64,000 nt of DNA from a bacterium (GTDB lineage Bacteria; Acidobacteriota; Blastocatellia; HR10). The stretch lies in assembly GCA_041640655.1 (NCBI GenBank), contig JBEPZV010000002.1, positions 94,182-158,181 on the forward strand. Reading direction: 5' to 3'. The notes under the pieces were generated by a model. That model had not been told where the DNA came from. It did no database searches and saw only the letters and a program-made list of their open reading frames with translations. Made by a program: the position numbers and the translations under genes. Numbering within the stretch: position 1 is the first letter of the stretch; each line of letters opens with the position of its first letter. Shown piece after piece: positions 33,606 through 42,663 of this stretch.

Positions 33606-34213
33606 GGGGGCGGGGAACGACGGCACTGCGTTCGAGAAGGGACCCCGGCCAACCGCCTCGGCGTTCCGTGAAACCTTGATAGAGCGAGAGATCGTCGATG
33701 CTGCCTCGAAACTCCGTCCGCGCCCCACAAGTTTCTTGCAGTCTCGAGAAGGCGAGAGAACGACCTGCGGATTTCATCCTAAGGTATGCTCTCAGATGAT
33801 GCCGAATCTCCAACTCAGGCGGCATGAGCGTACGCTCAAAGAGACATACCCTCCGCCGACGTCAAACCTCCCCTTGAGTCTCGTGGGACCTCGTGAGGCA
33901 CGCTATCCCCTTTCCCAACCGAAGTGGGTTCCCGATGACCCCATCCGCCTCACAAGCAGCTGCCAGCAGAGCCGGCCCCACGGTAGTCTGAACGCATCGC
34001 CAGCGGCCGCGAAGATGCTCCAGTCGGGAGCCCCCGCCGCAGCTTTGTTCCTCATCGGGATGGGCGAGCAGCAGTGCGTCACAAACCCTCAGCCCTGCCG
34101 CCCGGCATTTCCTCTCACGATCGGAGGAGCGCACCCAACCGTGATCCCGATGTTTCAGCCGGCATCCGTCGCTCGTGATCTCCCCCTGTTCGGCAAATGC
34201 GCGCTTTCGTCCC

Positions 34214-34477
34214 TTACACGATATTCTCCGTCTCTCCCCTGATCTGCCCTAGGACCTCCTTCCTCACCCACCGCGCCTCCCTCAAGATGTAGAGGTAGAT
34301 GGAATCGCGCTCCTCATCGATGATGTCCTTCAACCCGAGCTTCACACGCTCCAGTTGCGCCTCGCTCAGCTCCCCCTCGAATGCGGAATTCTGCACCCAA
34401 TTCAGGTAGCGGCGCAGGAACTGACAGACTTTCGCGACCCGCTCTTGCTCCACATCATAGACGAGGATAACGTACAT
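34214..34477 (-). CDS. cas2: CRISPR-associated endoribonuclease Cas2
   Basis: 87 aa from the ATG at 34477, with GGGGGAGGG just upstream. Sequence MYVILVYDVEQERVAKVCQFLRRYLNWVQNSAFEGEL is typical of Cas2. Lies 13 nt after the cas1 stop. Confidence 0.9.
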   Translation of the reverse strand: MYVILVYDVEQERVAKVCQFLRRYLNWVQNSAFEGELSEAQLERVKLGLKDIIDEERDSIYLYILREARWVRKEVLGQIRGETENIV

Positions 34478-34490
34478 TGCCCTCCCCCTC

Positions 34491-35678
34491 TCACCACCAT
34501 GCGCGCAGCGCCTGATACGGCTCAATTCCCAGCAGATGCCGCACGAGCTTGTAGCACTCTAATCGGATGAACCCACGATACGAGACATGCCGCCCAAGGC
34601 GCCGATGCTTCACCGTCGTTTGCAGCCGATGCTCGAACTCCTGCACGACGATCTTGCGCGCGCGTTCCTTCAAAGCTGCGAACCCCACCTCCGACAGGAG
34701 ATCGCCCTCGCCGATCATTTGCCGATTGATCAACGCGAAGATCATCTTGTCTACAATCATCGGCTTGAAGACCTCAGCGATGTCCAGCGCCAGGGAGAAC
34801 CGACGCGTCCCCGGTTCATGCAGGTACGAGATCGTGGGATTGAGGGGCGTTCGGTAGATCTGCGAGAGCACGGCCGCATACAACAGTGAGTTCCCGAAGC
34901 TGATCAGCGCGTTGATCAAATTATCGGGCGGACGCTTCACGCGCTTGAGAAACGGCGTCTCCAGATCGAGAATCTCATTGAAGGCGCGATAGTAGATCTC
35001 GCGCATGCGCCCTTCGGCCCCCATGAGCGCCGCGATGGAGTCGGCGCGTTCAAGCTCCGCAGCCTCTCGCTCCAAGGCTTCGATGACCTCTTGCAACGCC
35101 TTGCCCCGATTCCGGTAGTAGAGCACGTTGCGATGGAGGTTGTGATAAGCGCCGCGCGCGAACTCCCGCGCGATCGTGAGCCGCTTGGCCGCATCGGTGT
35201 AATGCTCCACCTGCCTCACGAGCAGGTGTCCGGAAACGTTCGTCTCTCGCGGATAGTAGGAACCGCTGTAGAACCCATAGTAGTTGAAGACGTGAACCGG
35301 AATGCCCTTCTGCGCGAGGAAGTTCAGAAGCTTCGTATTCAGGGCGATCTCACCGAAGAGGAAGAGTTCGGTGACATCCTCAACCGGGATAATCCGCCGA
35401 CGCTCAGATGAAACTGCGGTCTTACGCCTCTCGTCATCTGGCGGAGATCCGGCTTCTCCTGCGGAATTGGGCGCTCGCCCTACCTCGGCCGCCGAAGATT
35501 CTTCGGGCTCCTCGCCCGCGCGTTCCGAGGGAAGCCCGTGCCCATACTCAGTCCCCGCAGAAGATCGCTCGGCTTCGTCCACGCGTTGAGAGATCGCCGG
35601 ATCTTCCCCCTCCAAATATAACGTGTTCCCTCTTCGCCGAAGACGCCCGTTTTGGAAGACATAATAACTGCGCGCCAT
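34491..35678 (-). CDS. cas1: CRISPR-associated integrase Cas1 (I-B-like) with a low-complexity N-terminal-domain insertion
   Basis: ATG at 35678 preceded by GGGAGGGGG (the ORF is open to 35693). Cas1 blocks: YYVFQNGRLRRRGNTLYLEG, IIPVEDVTELFLFGEIALNTKLLNFLAQKGIPVHVFNYYGFYSGSYYPRE and the C-terminal catalytic domain (ISYLHEPGTRRFSLALDIAEVFKP). Confidence 0.9.
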   Translation of the reverse strand: MARSYYVFQNGRLRRRGNTLYLEGEDPAISQRVDEAERSSAGTEYGHGLPSERAGEEPEESSAAEVGRAPNSAGEAGSPPDDERRKTAVSSERRRIIPVEDVTELFLFGEIALNTKLLNFLAQKGIPVHVFNYYGFYSGSYYPRETNVSGHLLVRQVEHYTDAAKRLTIAREFARGAYHNLHRNVLYYRNRGKALQEVIEALEREAAELERADSIAALMGAEGRMREIYYRAFNEILDLETPFLKRVKRPPDNLINALISFGNSLLYAAVLSQIYRTPLNPTISYLHEPGTRRFSLALDIAEVFKPMIVDKMIFALINRQMIGEGDLLSEVGFAALKERARKIVVQEFEHRLQTTVKHRRLGRHVSYRGFIRLECYKLVRHLLGIEPYQALRAWW

Positions 35679-35823
35679 CTCGCCCCCTCCCATTCATCAT
35701 CAGCCCACAAAGCCGCCCCCATCCGCGCGACTCATGTCTCGGATGAGCTTCGTCGGCACTGCGATCTCCACACCGCGCTCAGCGCGCCATAAATCCGGCG
35801 CGATTTCGACCGCCTCATTCAGT

Positions 35824-36339
35824 TCATCCCCAACACAACTCAGCATAAGCGCAGGACCGACAAATCGGCATGAACTCGACTTGTGGCGGCGCGGGAAGCT
35901 GCTCAATCCGACGGATCTCCCGCAACGCCGCTTCGACCTCTCGCTCAGCGTCTTCGGTCAGCCACACTGGTTCCCGCCGCCGCTCTTTGGGAAAGCGCAG
36001 CTCGCCGGTCAGTCCCGCCACGCCCAGGCGTTTCAGGTAATAGAGGTAGTAGAGGACTTGCCGTCGGGCGGCCTCTTTCATACACTGAGAATATTTAACC
36101 TCCAGCACCTTCCATTCGCTTTCCAGAAGATCCACCTTAATGAGATTATCAATGAGCAATTCTCGTCGTGGCTTCTCGCCGTAGGCACGCTCGTGAAGCA
36201 ATTTGCCCAAAGCCACGCGGTCGCTCTCTTGCTCCATGCGAATGTCGTGGCTATAGAGCCAGAGTTTCCGCGGACAGACCACATAGTAGTTGACCTTGAT
36301 ACCGTTCGTCTTCAGCTCGGCAAATTCTTCATCGGTCAT
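35824..36339 (-). CDS. cas4: CRISPR-associated exonuclease Cas4 (RecB-like, Fe-S Cys cluster)
   Basis: 171 aa from the ATG at 36339 (the ORF track extends it spuriously to 36582). One N-terminal Cys (YYVVCPRKLWLY) plus a C-terminal CRSCAYAELC cluster. Position between cas3 and cas1. Confidence 0.85.
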   Translation of the reverse strand: MTDEEFAELKTNGIKVNYYVVCPRKLWLYSHDIRMEQESDRVALGKLLHERAYGEKPRRELLIDNLIKVDLLESEWKVLEVKYSQCMKEAARRQVLYYLYYLKRLGVAGLTGELRFPKERRREPVWLTEDAEREVEAALREIRRIEQLPAPPQVEFMPICRSCAYAELCWG

Positions 36340-36352
36340 CGTCCATCTCTCC

Positions 36353-38905
36353 TCAAATGATCCAGTCGGGCACGGGAGACTCGACCTCGCCTTCGCGAAC
36401 ATCCAAAGTTTCATAAACAGCGCGTGACAAATAGGGAAAACCTTCGGTAATCTGGCCGACCGAGAAATCGCCCAATCGCTGGATAGGCATCGAGAGGGTA
36501 TACGCCTGGAACATCGGTCGGAGCAACCGACTGATGCTGAACGCCAACCGACGCCCCGTCTCACGAGAGAGCTGACACGCATATTGCTTCACTCTCTCTG
36601 CTTCAACATGGAGAAATTCTCTCAATGGGCGGAACAATTCTCCCGAGTCACAGAGTTTGCACAGTAAATCCAATGCTCTCATTGGATCTTTACTCGACCA
36701 CAGCTCAACAGCAATCTCCTTCAAAAATTCAGCCGTCTCATCGGCAATGCAAAATACCGAAACCTTCCAGGCCCGCTCCTCACCACGAAAGAGCTTCTGG
36801 AAATCCAGCTCGTCAAACTGCCAGGCGAGCGCCGAGCGCAAGATCTGCTCGGACGGCTCGCTCGACAACCGCCGCTCTAACTCCTCCACATACTCTCGCT
36901 GAATCTCCCCATAGTCGCATTCCTCGATGATATTTCGCCTTCTTGAAAGGACATCCAGCGTTGCCGCCGTGAAGAGAGAATCGTAGATGTAGCTGTGGAA
37001 CTCTCGTCCACGGTCGTTTTCATCATCCACCCAGCGATGCACCCAGACATCGGCCGGCGGTCGCTTGCCAAACCGATTCACCCGCCCGCAGATCTGCAAC
37101 AGCGAATCCCACGGCGCAAAGTCCCGCACCGCCTCGTCCATATCGAGATCAACGCCGGCCTCGACGCATTGCGTCGAGACAACGCCCACCCACGCCTCCG
37201 GATCGCTTTCGATGAGCGTGCGGATTTCCTTGATCCGCCGGAGGCGTTCTACCGGCACAACGCTACCCGATAGATGGAAGAGCCTGAGCTCCCGAAACTC
37301 CCTTTCCTCTTCCTTGAGCTGACTGAGACGCGCGAATAGATCCCGCGCGCTGCGAATCGTATTGGCCACAAGCAGAACTTTTTTCCCCTTGCGTTGGAGG
37401 AGCCAATCGCCGAGCTGCGATAGATAGTGGCTAAATGGAATGGGCTCCAGGTCGCGATGCAGGCGCGTCCGCGCGAGCGATCCGAAGTAAGATTTCTCAT
37501 CTCGCACGAGTCCCGGTATGCCCCGCAGAAAAGGCGGATGCGTGGCCGTCATATACAGGATCCGAACGCCGAGCTTTTCGCGAAGCTTTTCCAGAAATGT
37601 CCCTACGGCCGGGATGAGCCGCGCCGGGATCGTCTGCACTTCATCGAGCAGCGACACCGCTCCCGGTAGGCGAAAGAAACGACGGATGAAGCCGCGATCC
37701 TGCGAGAGGAACGAATAGAAGAGTTGATCAAAGGTCGTCACGATGAGGTCCGCGTCCCAATCCTCTAAGGCGAATCGCGCCTTCTCGAAGTTCGCTTCTT
37801 CGTTACTTTTGCTTTCGGGGAAGCTCAGGCTGTGATGCTGGATCACGGAAACGCCGGTTTTGTCTTCTGGGAAAACTCGACGCGCAATGTCCGTCGCCTG
37901 CTCGATGATGGAAAGATAAGGCAGCGCGTAAATGACGGGCTTCGATCCTTGCCTATCCTCGTGCTTGCGTTGCACGGCTCCAGCGAGGTAAAGGCCCATC
38001 AGCGTCTTGCCAAGTCCCGTCGGCAGAGTCAATCTGAAGGCCGAATCGTCCGAGCCTTCGAGGGCTTTTTGAATCTCCTGCCAGGCTCTCTCGCGAAGCC
38101 CCTGAAAGAGCGGGCTGGCCGGCGGTTGAGCGGACGCGTACTGTCGAATCCGTTCGGGATCAAGCGGCGCGGCTTGTTGGGGTTCGGGCGCTCTCACGAC
38201 GCAAGCGACATCGGCTTCAGTCAGAGCCGAGACGACGAGCAGGAGGGCGAAATAAAGGTCAACGAGCCAACTCTCGGAAGGATTCGCTTCGTCGGCTTTC
38301 TGTCTGAGCAGTTGGCCGAATTTTTGAAAGCATTTAGTGATCTGTTGGGCCGTCATTTTCTCGAACTGCTTGCGGTAATCCGCAAAGCGTAGAGTCAGGT
38401 CGAGCGGCTCGCATCGCATCACGAAACCCCAGATGCGCTCGTCTATGTTGCTTTGAGCAACGGCGATCTGATGCTCGATACTCGCTTCTTCAAAAGCTTC
38501 TTCGAGGTTACAGAGCAGCCCATGATGGCGGTTGACGGCGTAGGCGCAGACGAAGGGGAGCAGCCGCGTCGGCTGCGGCTTCTGGCCGAAAACATGCGAG
38601 GCGACGATGAAGGTGAAGACCGAGGAGATCGCCGCGTGATCTTTATCCTTGCCTTTGCCGCCATGGATGTAATCCTGGAACTGATGCTTCGCCTTTCCGA
38701 AGTCGTGCGTGCATCCGGTGATGAAGGCCGCTTTAGCGAGATCGTCGGCGCGAACGGCTAAATTCAAACCTGATTTGAGGCGGAGGATGAGCGTTGCGGC
38801 GCGACGGCCGGTGTCGCTAAGGTGATCGTAAAGCCGAATCGGCCGCCCCGACGCATCCGGCGGATGCGAGATCAATTCACGCATCTGGGGCGAAGGTATC
38901 GTCAT
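36353..38905 (-). CDS. cas3: Cas3 HD nuclease / DEAD-DEAH helicase fusion
   Basis: 850 aa. HD region (ITGCTHDFGKAKHQFQDY, DHAAISS), helicase motif I (LTLPTGLGKTLMG), motif II (LLDEVQ) and later helicase motifs (VSTQCVEAGVDLD). Confidence 0.92.
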   Translation of the reverse strand: MTIPSPQMRELISHPPDASGRPIRLYDHLSDTGRRAATLILRLKSGLNLAVRADDLAKAAFITGCTHDFGKAKHQFQDYIHGGKGKDKDHAAISSVFTFIVASHVFGQKPQPTRLLPFVCAYAVNRHHGLLCNLEEAFEEASIEHQIAVAQSNIDERIWGFVMRCEPLDLTLRFADYRKQFEKMTAQQITKCFQKFGQLLRQKADEANPSESWLVDLYFALLLVVSALTEADVACVVRAPEPQQAAPLDPERIRQYASAQPPASPLFQGLRERAWQEIQKALEGSDDSAFRLTLPTGLGKTLMGLYLAGAVQRKHEDRQGSKPVIYALPYLSIIEQATDIARRVFPEDKTGVSVIQHHSLSFPESKSNEEANFEKARFALEDWDADLIVTTFDQLFYSFLSQDRGFIRRFFRLPGAVSLLDEVQTIPARLIPAVGTFLEKLREKLGVRILYMTATHPPFLRGIPGLVRDEKSYFGSLARTRLHRDLEPIPFSHYLSQLGDWLLQRKGKKVLLVANTIRSARDLFARLSQLKEEEREFRELRLFHLSGSVVPVERLRRIKEIRTLIESDPEAWVGVVSTQCVEAGVDLDMDEAVRDFAPWDSLLQICGRVNRFGKRPPADVWVHRWVDDENDRGREFHSYIYDSLFTAATLDVLSRRRNIIEECDYGEIQREYVEELERRLSSEPSEQILRSALAWQFDELDFQKLFRGEERAWKVSVFCIADETAEFLKEIAVELWSSKDPMRALDLLCKLCDSGELFRPLREFLHVEAERVKQYACQLSRETGRRLAFSISRLLRPMFQAYTLSMPIQRLGDFSVGQITEGFPYLSRAVYETLDVREGEVESPVPDWII

Positions 38906-39044
38906 GGTCTTTCAGATTCGAAATATTAAGCTCGATCTTCCCCGAAGTCGTTCGTGAGGAGGTTCAAGGAGCAAGAGATGCTGATTGAGTCTACGCCGTG
39001 TCCCATCGCTGCTCAATCCCCTATCCTTACAGATCAAAGCTCCG

Positions 39045-40325
39045 TTAATCATCCTCGGGAAGCTGAGGAAGATGATACTCATTGAGATTTTTCAAGCGAT
39101 CCTGAACTAGTTTCGACAAAAAGTCTTCCACCACGACATCTCGGAGCTTCTGAAAGGCTTCTTGACCCACCGGTTGGAAACCATGCGCCAAGGGCGAGAT
39201 GTTGCGGCATTCAAGATAGGGCTTCAGCCGAGATTTAGATTCTCGATACAGGTTGAGAAAATGTTGCCCTAGCTCGTCTCCAAGATCAGCGAGGAGCTCG
39301 TAGCCATGGAGCATACCTACCTTGAGGCGCCCGTCAGGCCCCACACGGGATTCCCATTTGGGCCGCACGGCTTCTGGGATAACCCCCAAACAGACGTTGT
39401 CACTTCGAATGCCCTTGTCGTGGAGGCGCCGTTGGGCGATATACTCCATCAAACGATAGAGGAGGGCCACGGCCACATCATATCTATGCTCCTTCGCTCG
39501 CCGATCCGCATTCGCCAGGATGTCTAAGGAGATTGCCTCGTTTAACGGTAAGCCGCACCTGCAGCTCTCACTTTTACACCGACTATTCCAGATCCCATGG
39601 ACGATGGGGCTAGCCCTTTTAAGTTCGTTTTCAAGCCCTAAATCCTGTACGATGTCCTCGAAGTCCTTAAGCACCTGGCGAAGGCCCTGAGCTGCATCTT
39701 CGTAGTGAAGCACGTCCCAGGCTTCGCAGGCCTTCGCCAGTTGCTCTACAAAATTCAACCGTCTTTTGTGTTCTTCTCTGACTATACGCCACTGAAGGTC
39801 CTCGATGCGATTCAGAACGCTCGCAAAGTGGCCCGCATTGAAAAGTTGGACCAATGTCTTCCAATGTCGCCGGAACAGGAGATTTGATGGCGGGAAGCTC
39901 AATAGGCGCTCGGTGCCTGACTTGACCTGACCCCGTTCGTCCCGCTCCCCCTCAATATAACTAACGCCAGCCAATTCGAGATTGATGGCCACATAGTCCA
40001 CAGCGGCTGACATCGCTTTGGTGCCTCGCGTGTAGTCAACATAAACCTGATTAGGTTGAAACCCTCGATCCCGGAATAAAACCCGACGAATGACCTTCTC
40101 GTATTGTAATGCTAGCTCTTGAACATCATTGATCTCTTGAAACTCTTCGATCTTGTAGCGAGACTCAGGGAGGGATTGGGTTTGAACGACCTTATCAACG
40201 TTGCTTCGGCTCTGAGGCGTACAGAGAAAAAGAACGAAGTCTGGATTATGCTGGTCGGTGGCAAATACCAGCGAGCGATCTACATCCTTACCAACCCCAA
40301 CTGTCAGAACTAATGCTTTACTCAT
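39045..40325 (-). CDS. CARF-HEPN protein (Csm6/Csx1 class; resembles the TIGR02710-type family)
   Basis: 426 aa from the ATG at 40325, with GGAGG 11 nt upstream. N-terminal CARF signatures (ALVLTVGVGKD, VDYTRGTKAMSAA). C-terminal R-x6-H HEPN motif (ECRNISPLAHG). Visibly lower GC than the flanks (one 60-nt line counted at 38%). Confidence 0.75.
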   Translation of the reverse strand: MSKALVLTVGVGKDVDRSLVFATDQHNPDFVLFLCTPQSRSNVDKVVQTQSLPESRYKIEEFQEINDVQELALQYEKVIRRVLFRDRGFQPNQVYVDYTRGTKAMSAAVDYVAINLELAGVSYIEGERDERGQVKSGTERLLSFPPSNLLFRRHWKTLVQLFNAGHFASVLNRIEDLQWRIVREEHKRRLNFVEQLAKACEAWDVLHYEDAAQGLRQVLKDFEDIVQDLGLENELKRASPIVHGIWNSRCKSESCRCGLPLNEAISLDILANADRRAKEHRYDVAVALLYRLMEYIAQRRLHDKGIRSDNVCLGVIPEAVRPKWESRVGPDGRLKVGMLHGYELLADLGDELGQHFLNLYRESKSRLKPYLECRNISPLAHGFQPVGQEAFQKLRDVVVEDFLSKLVQDRLKNLNEYHLPQLPEDD

Positions 40326-40359
40326 AGTAGCTGGTCCCTCCGCAAAATAAGAAGAGCGA

Positions 40360-41358
40360 TCATCGAACTTCCTCCACAATCCAGCGCTCGACTTCTTGGC
40401 GGGCGCGCTCAAGTTGTCCGGGAGTTTGCGCAGTGGTCGTGAGCCGAAAGCCGATTCCCCGAACCCTCCGCCCCGGCAAATAGAGAACGAGCGCCTTCGG
40501 AGCTTCTGCCCTCACCCTGGGCTGCCCTTCCCGCCAGCCGATGTCCTCGATGCGCTCTACAAACAGAAAACGGTTGGCTAAACGGTCTGCCCACTTTCTG
40601 GTTTCCTCGGCTTCCTTAGGCTCTTTTCGTGCCAGGCTCTTCTCGCATTCGCCAGCCCGGGGTTCGGGCAGGGCCTCGACGCTCTCCAGGACCCGCAAGA
40701 CCATCCGCCCCAGATCGGTCGGTCCACTAGCCGTGAGCAGTCCGTTCTGTTCGAGAAGTCCTTTGACCTCGGGACGCACCGAGCTGCCTTTCAGCCCCGC
40801 GATGATGTCCCCTAACAGCGGGAAAAGCCCAATGAAGGGCAGATTCACCAGCTTGATCTGGTCGACGGGCGGATGAAGTGCCCGCTCTTGCTCTTCTTTG
40901 CTCTTGTTCCGGAGTTTCGAAATGTGCCCTTCCTCCTCCAGCACAGGGTCATCCACAAGCACATGGAAAAGGCGCCTGGCACCATAAAACTGTACTGCCA
41001 GCGTCAGGAGTGCCGACATGGCCTTGCGTCCGCCGGCGATGGAGGCGTAGACCTCCCAGCCCTTCTTGCGGTATTCCCTCAGGACGGCGCAGGCTTGATT
41101 CATGAACTCCAAGGCGGCTGTATCGGAGTCTACATCGTAGAAGGCTTCCAGGATGGGGGGCTCCAGAAGCGTTACCTTGCCATCGTAGTAATCCGGCAGA
41201 TGCTCTCTCAAAAGACTCAGTGCATCCCGGGCATCGGTGTCTTGAGTCGTCAGAATGACGACATAGTCTATATGCACGCCGTCTGCCCGGAGGCGGTCAA
41301 TGGCTTCCGTGACGACGGCGGGGCTCTCCCCCAGCGTGGCGAGGAGGACTTTCTTCAT
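40360..41358 (-). CDS. CARF-domain protein (NE0113/Csx14-like N-terminus) with wHTH-like middle and unassigned C-terminal domain
   Basis: 332 aa from the ATG at 41358. MKKVLLATLGESPAVVTEAIDRL and SIAGGRKAMSALL are CARF hallmarks. The segment LLEQNGLLTASGPTDLGRMVLRVLES looks like a winged helix. I could not assign the last ~100 aa (FLFVERIEDIGWREGQPRVRAEAPKALVLYLPGRRVRGIGFRLTTT...). Confidence 0.7.
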   Translation of the reverse strand: MKKVLLATLGESPAVVTEAIDRLRADGVHIDYVVILTTQDTDARDALSLLREHLPDYYDGKVTLLEPPILEAFYDVDSDTAALEFMNQACAVLREYRKKGWEVYASIAGGRKAMSALLTLAVQFYGARRLFHVLVDDPVLEEEGHISKLRNKSKEEQERALHPPVDQIKLVNLPFIGLFPLLGDIIAGLKGSSVRPEVKGLLEQNGLLTASGPTDLGRMVLRVLESVEALPEPRAGECEKSLARKEPKEAEETRKWADRLANRFLFVERIEDIGWREGQPRVRAEAPKALVLYLPGRRVRGIGFRLTTTAQTPGQLERARQEVERWIVEEVR

Positions 41359-41671
41359 GGCGGCTCCCTCTCCTTTCGGCAAACCACACAAGGAAGCGGC
41401 TGGTGTACCCGAGCACCTCGGTCACATCTTCTCTCGACAGCGGGGACAGGCGCGAGCGCCATTCCTGCATCACAATAGCAATTGTGCGCGCTGCCCGTTG
41501 AGGATCGGAGCGAAGTGCCGGAGAACTCGCCATCGAATGGGCAAGCTGAATTGCCTTGTCCAACCCTTGGCGCGCAGCATACTGTGCCCACCGCTCCCAC
41601 TCCGTCCGCCGCAGACCCCCTAACCGCTCGGCAAGCTGACGTGCCAGTTCGACTTTCTCATCCGTGGTCAT
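41297..41671 (-). CDS. Small helical hypothetical protein (124 aa), coupled to the last III-D RAMP gene
   Basis: The ATG at 41671 overlaps the TGA of the upstream gene by 1 nt. Helical-looking sequence (MTTDEKVELARQLAERLGGLRRTEWERWAQYAARQGLDKAIQLAHS...). The 3-prime end overlaps the next gene by 62 nt. Confidence 0.45.
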   Translation of the reverse strand: MTTDEKVELARQLAERLGGLRRTEWERWAQYAARQGLDKAIQLAHSMASSPALRSDPQRAARTIAIVMQEWRSRLSPLSREDVTEVLGYTSRFLVWFAERRGSRHEESPPRHAGGEPRRRHGSH

Positions 41672-42663
41672 CAGTACACCTCCCGGGGACACCGTTCATC
41701 TTTCGACTCAAAACCCGCTTTCAGCGCATTCCACGACGCCTTATGCAGAAGTCCGCTATCTTGACACGCCTGGAGGTACCGGGAAATGAGCCGAAGCACC
41801 TCTTTGCCTTGCACTACCTGGGGATTCAGTAAGCCTTTCACATTCCCGCCCCAGAACCGCATCCTCACCGGACGAAATTCCACTGAGCCAAAGCACCGGG
41901 GCTTGGCGCCGCCCAGTTTGGGAGAAAAGGCAATCTGGACCGACCCGTCTGCCAGCTCCCATCCGAGTGCATGCAGGAGTAACCCCAACTCCGCTTCGCT
42001 CAGGTTCTCAAACAGGAGAGCACCGCGAAATTTCGCCTCCCTCTGCACAGCCTCTACAAAGCGAAAGTTTTGCTGAGGAATAGAGTTCCCCACGGGCTGA
42101 AAGGTCTTGCGCTCATAGAAACGGCGCCGGTTCGGGTCAAAGCGCTTGGGCTCCCAGAGCTCGCCGATTTTCTCCACCTTAGGCTGCGTCTCTCCCTGCA
42201 CCAGGAAATCGGTGAAATGCACTCGCCCTCGATAGCCGGTCGTCCCAAACAGCCGGCACGCTGGGCAGAGCGGGCTTCTCTCGTCGCGAAAGCGGCAGGG
42301 CTGATGCTGGCTTGAGCTAACGCGCTCCCGTGGACGCCGAATCTGTGATACGCACGAATTCGAGATCGCCTCCACGATCGCCCGGATAGCGCCTTTGAGG
42401 CTGGTGCCCGGCACGCAGAGCTGCCCGTTCCGACGGTAGAAGGTGTACCACACATCGGGGCGCCGATTCCCGTGGTTCTGGTCGAACTCATACGCCCCGG
42501 AGCCTACGAAGAGGTATTCCGAGACGACCGTAAAGGTAAGCTCAAGCCGTCCAGTAAGCCCTGTAAATCTTTCGTGGGTTGTGACCTGCTGGCGCACCGG
42601 CGCCTCAGACGGGATCGGCACCAGCACAAACGGCTTAGGCTCAGCGTTCGGATTCCTGGGCAT
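41671..42663 (-). CDS. RAMP-superfamily Cas7-like protein (type III-D terminal Cas7/Csm5-like position)
   Basis: 330 aa. VPGTSLKGAIRAIVEA, CPACRLFG and G-rich loop KLGGAKPRCFG. Confidence 0.75.
   Translation of the reverse strand: MPRNPNAEPKPFVLVPIPSEAPVRQQVTTHERFTGLTGRLELTFTVVSEYLFVGSGAYEFDQNHGNRRPDVWYTFYRRNGQLCVPGTSLKGAIRAIVEAISNSCVSQIRRPRERVSSSQHQPCRFRDERSPLCPACRLFGTTGYRGRVHFTDFLVQGETQPKVEKIGELWEPKRFDPNRRRFYERKTFQPVGNSIPQQNFRFVEAVQREAKFRGALLFENLSEAELGLLLHALGWELADGSVQIAFSPKLGGAKPRCFGSVEFRPVRMRFWGGNVKGLLNPQVVQGKEVLRLISRYLQACQDSGLLHKASWNALKAGFESKDERCPREVY

Noticed and set aside
15998-33728. Dozens of 60-230-aa ORFs on both strands across the array, with recurring peptides FNPTLVRLA, FQSHLGSIST, VSIPPWFD and ANRTKVGLK
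   Set aside because: They are translations of the 30-bp CRISPR repeat in different frames joined through spacers. The periodicity equals the repeat unit, so they are not genes.
33510-34242. ORFs in the leader region (33510-33728, 33577-33825, 33676-34242, 33862-34134). I briefly considered a degenerate HNH-like Cys/His pattern in the 33862-34134 frame.
   Set aside because: There is no proper start or RBS. The composition is atypical, and the Cys/His spacing does not fit an HNH or Zn-finger consensus. Kept only as an unexplained interval.
35700-36360. ORFs 35700-35906 (minus) and 35734-36360 (plus) around cas4
   Set aside because: Both overlap the well-supported cas4 frame (one on the same strand, one antisense) and have no motifs.
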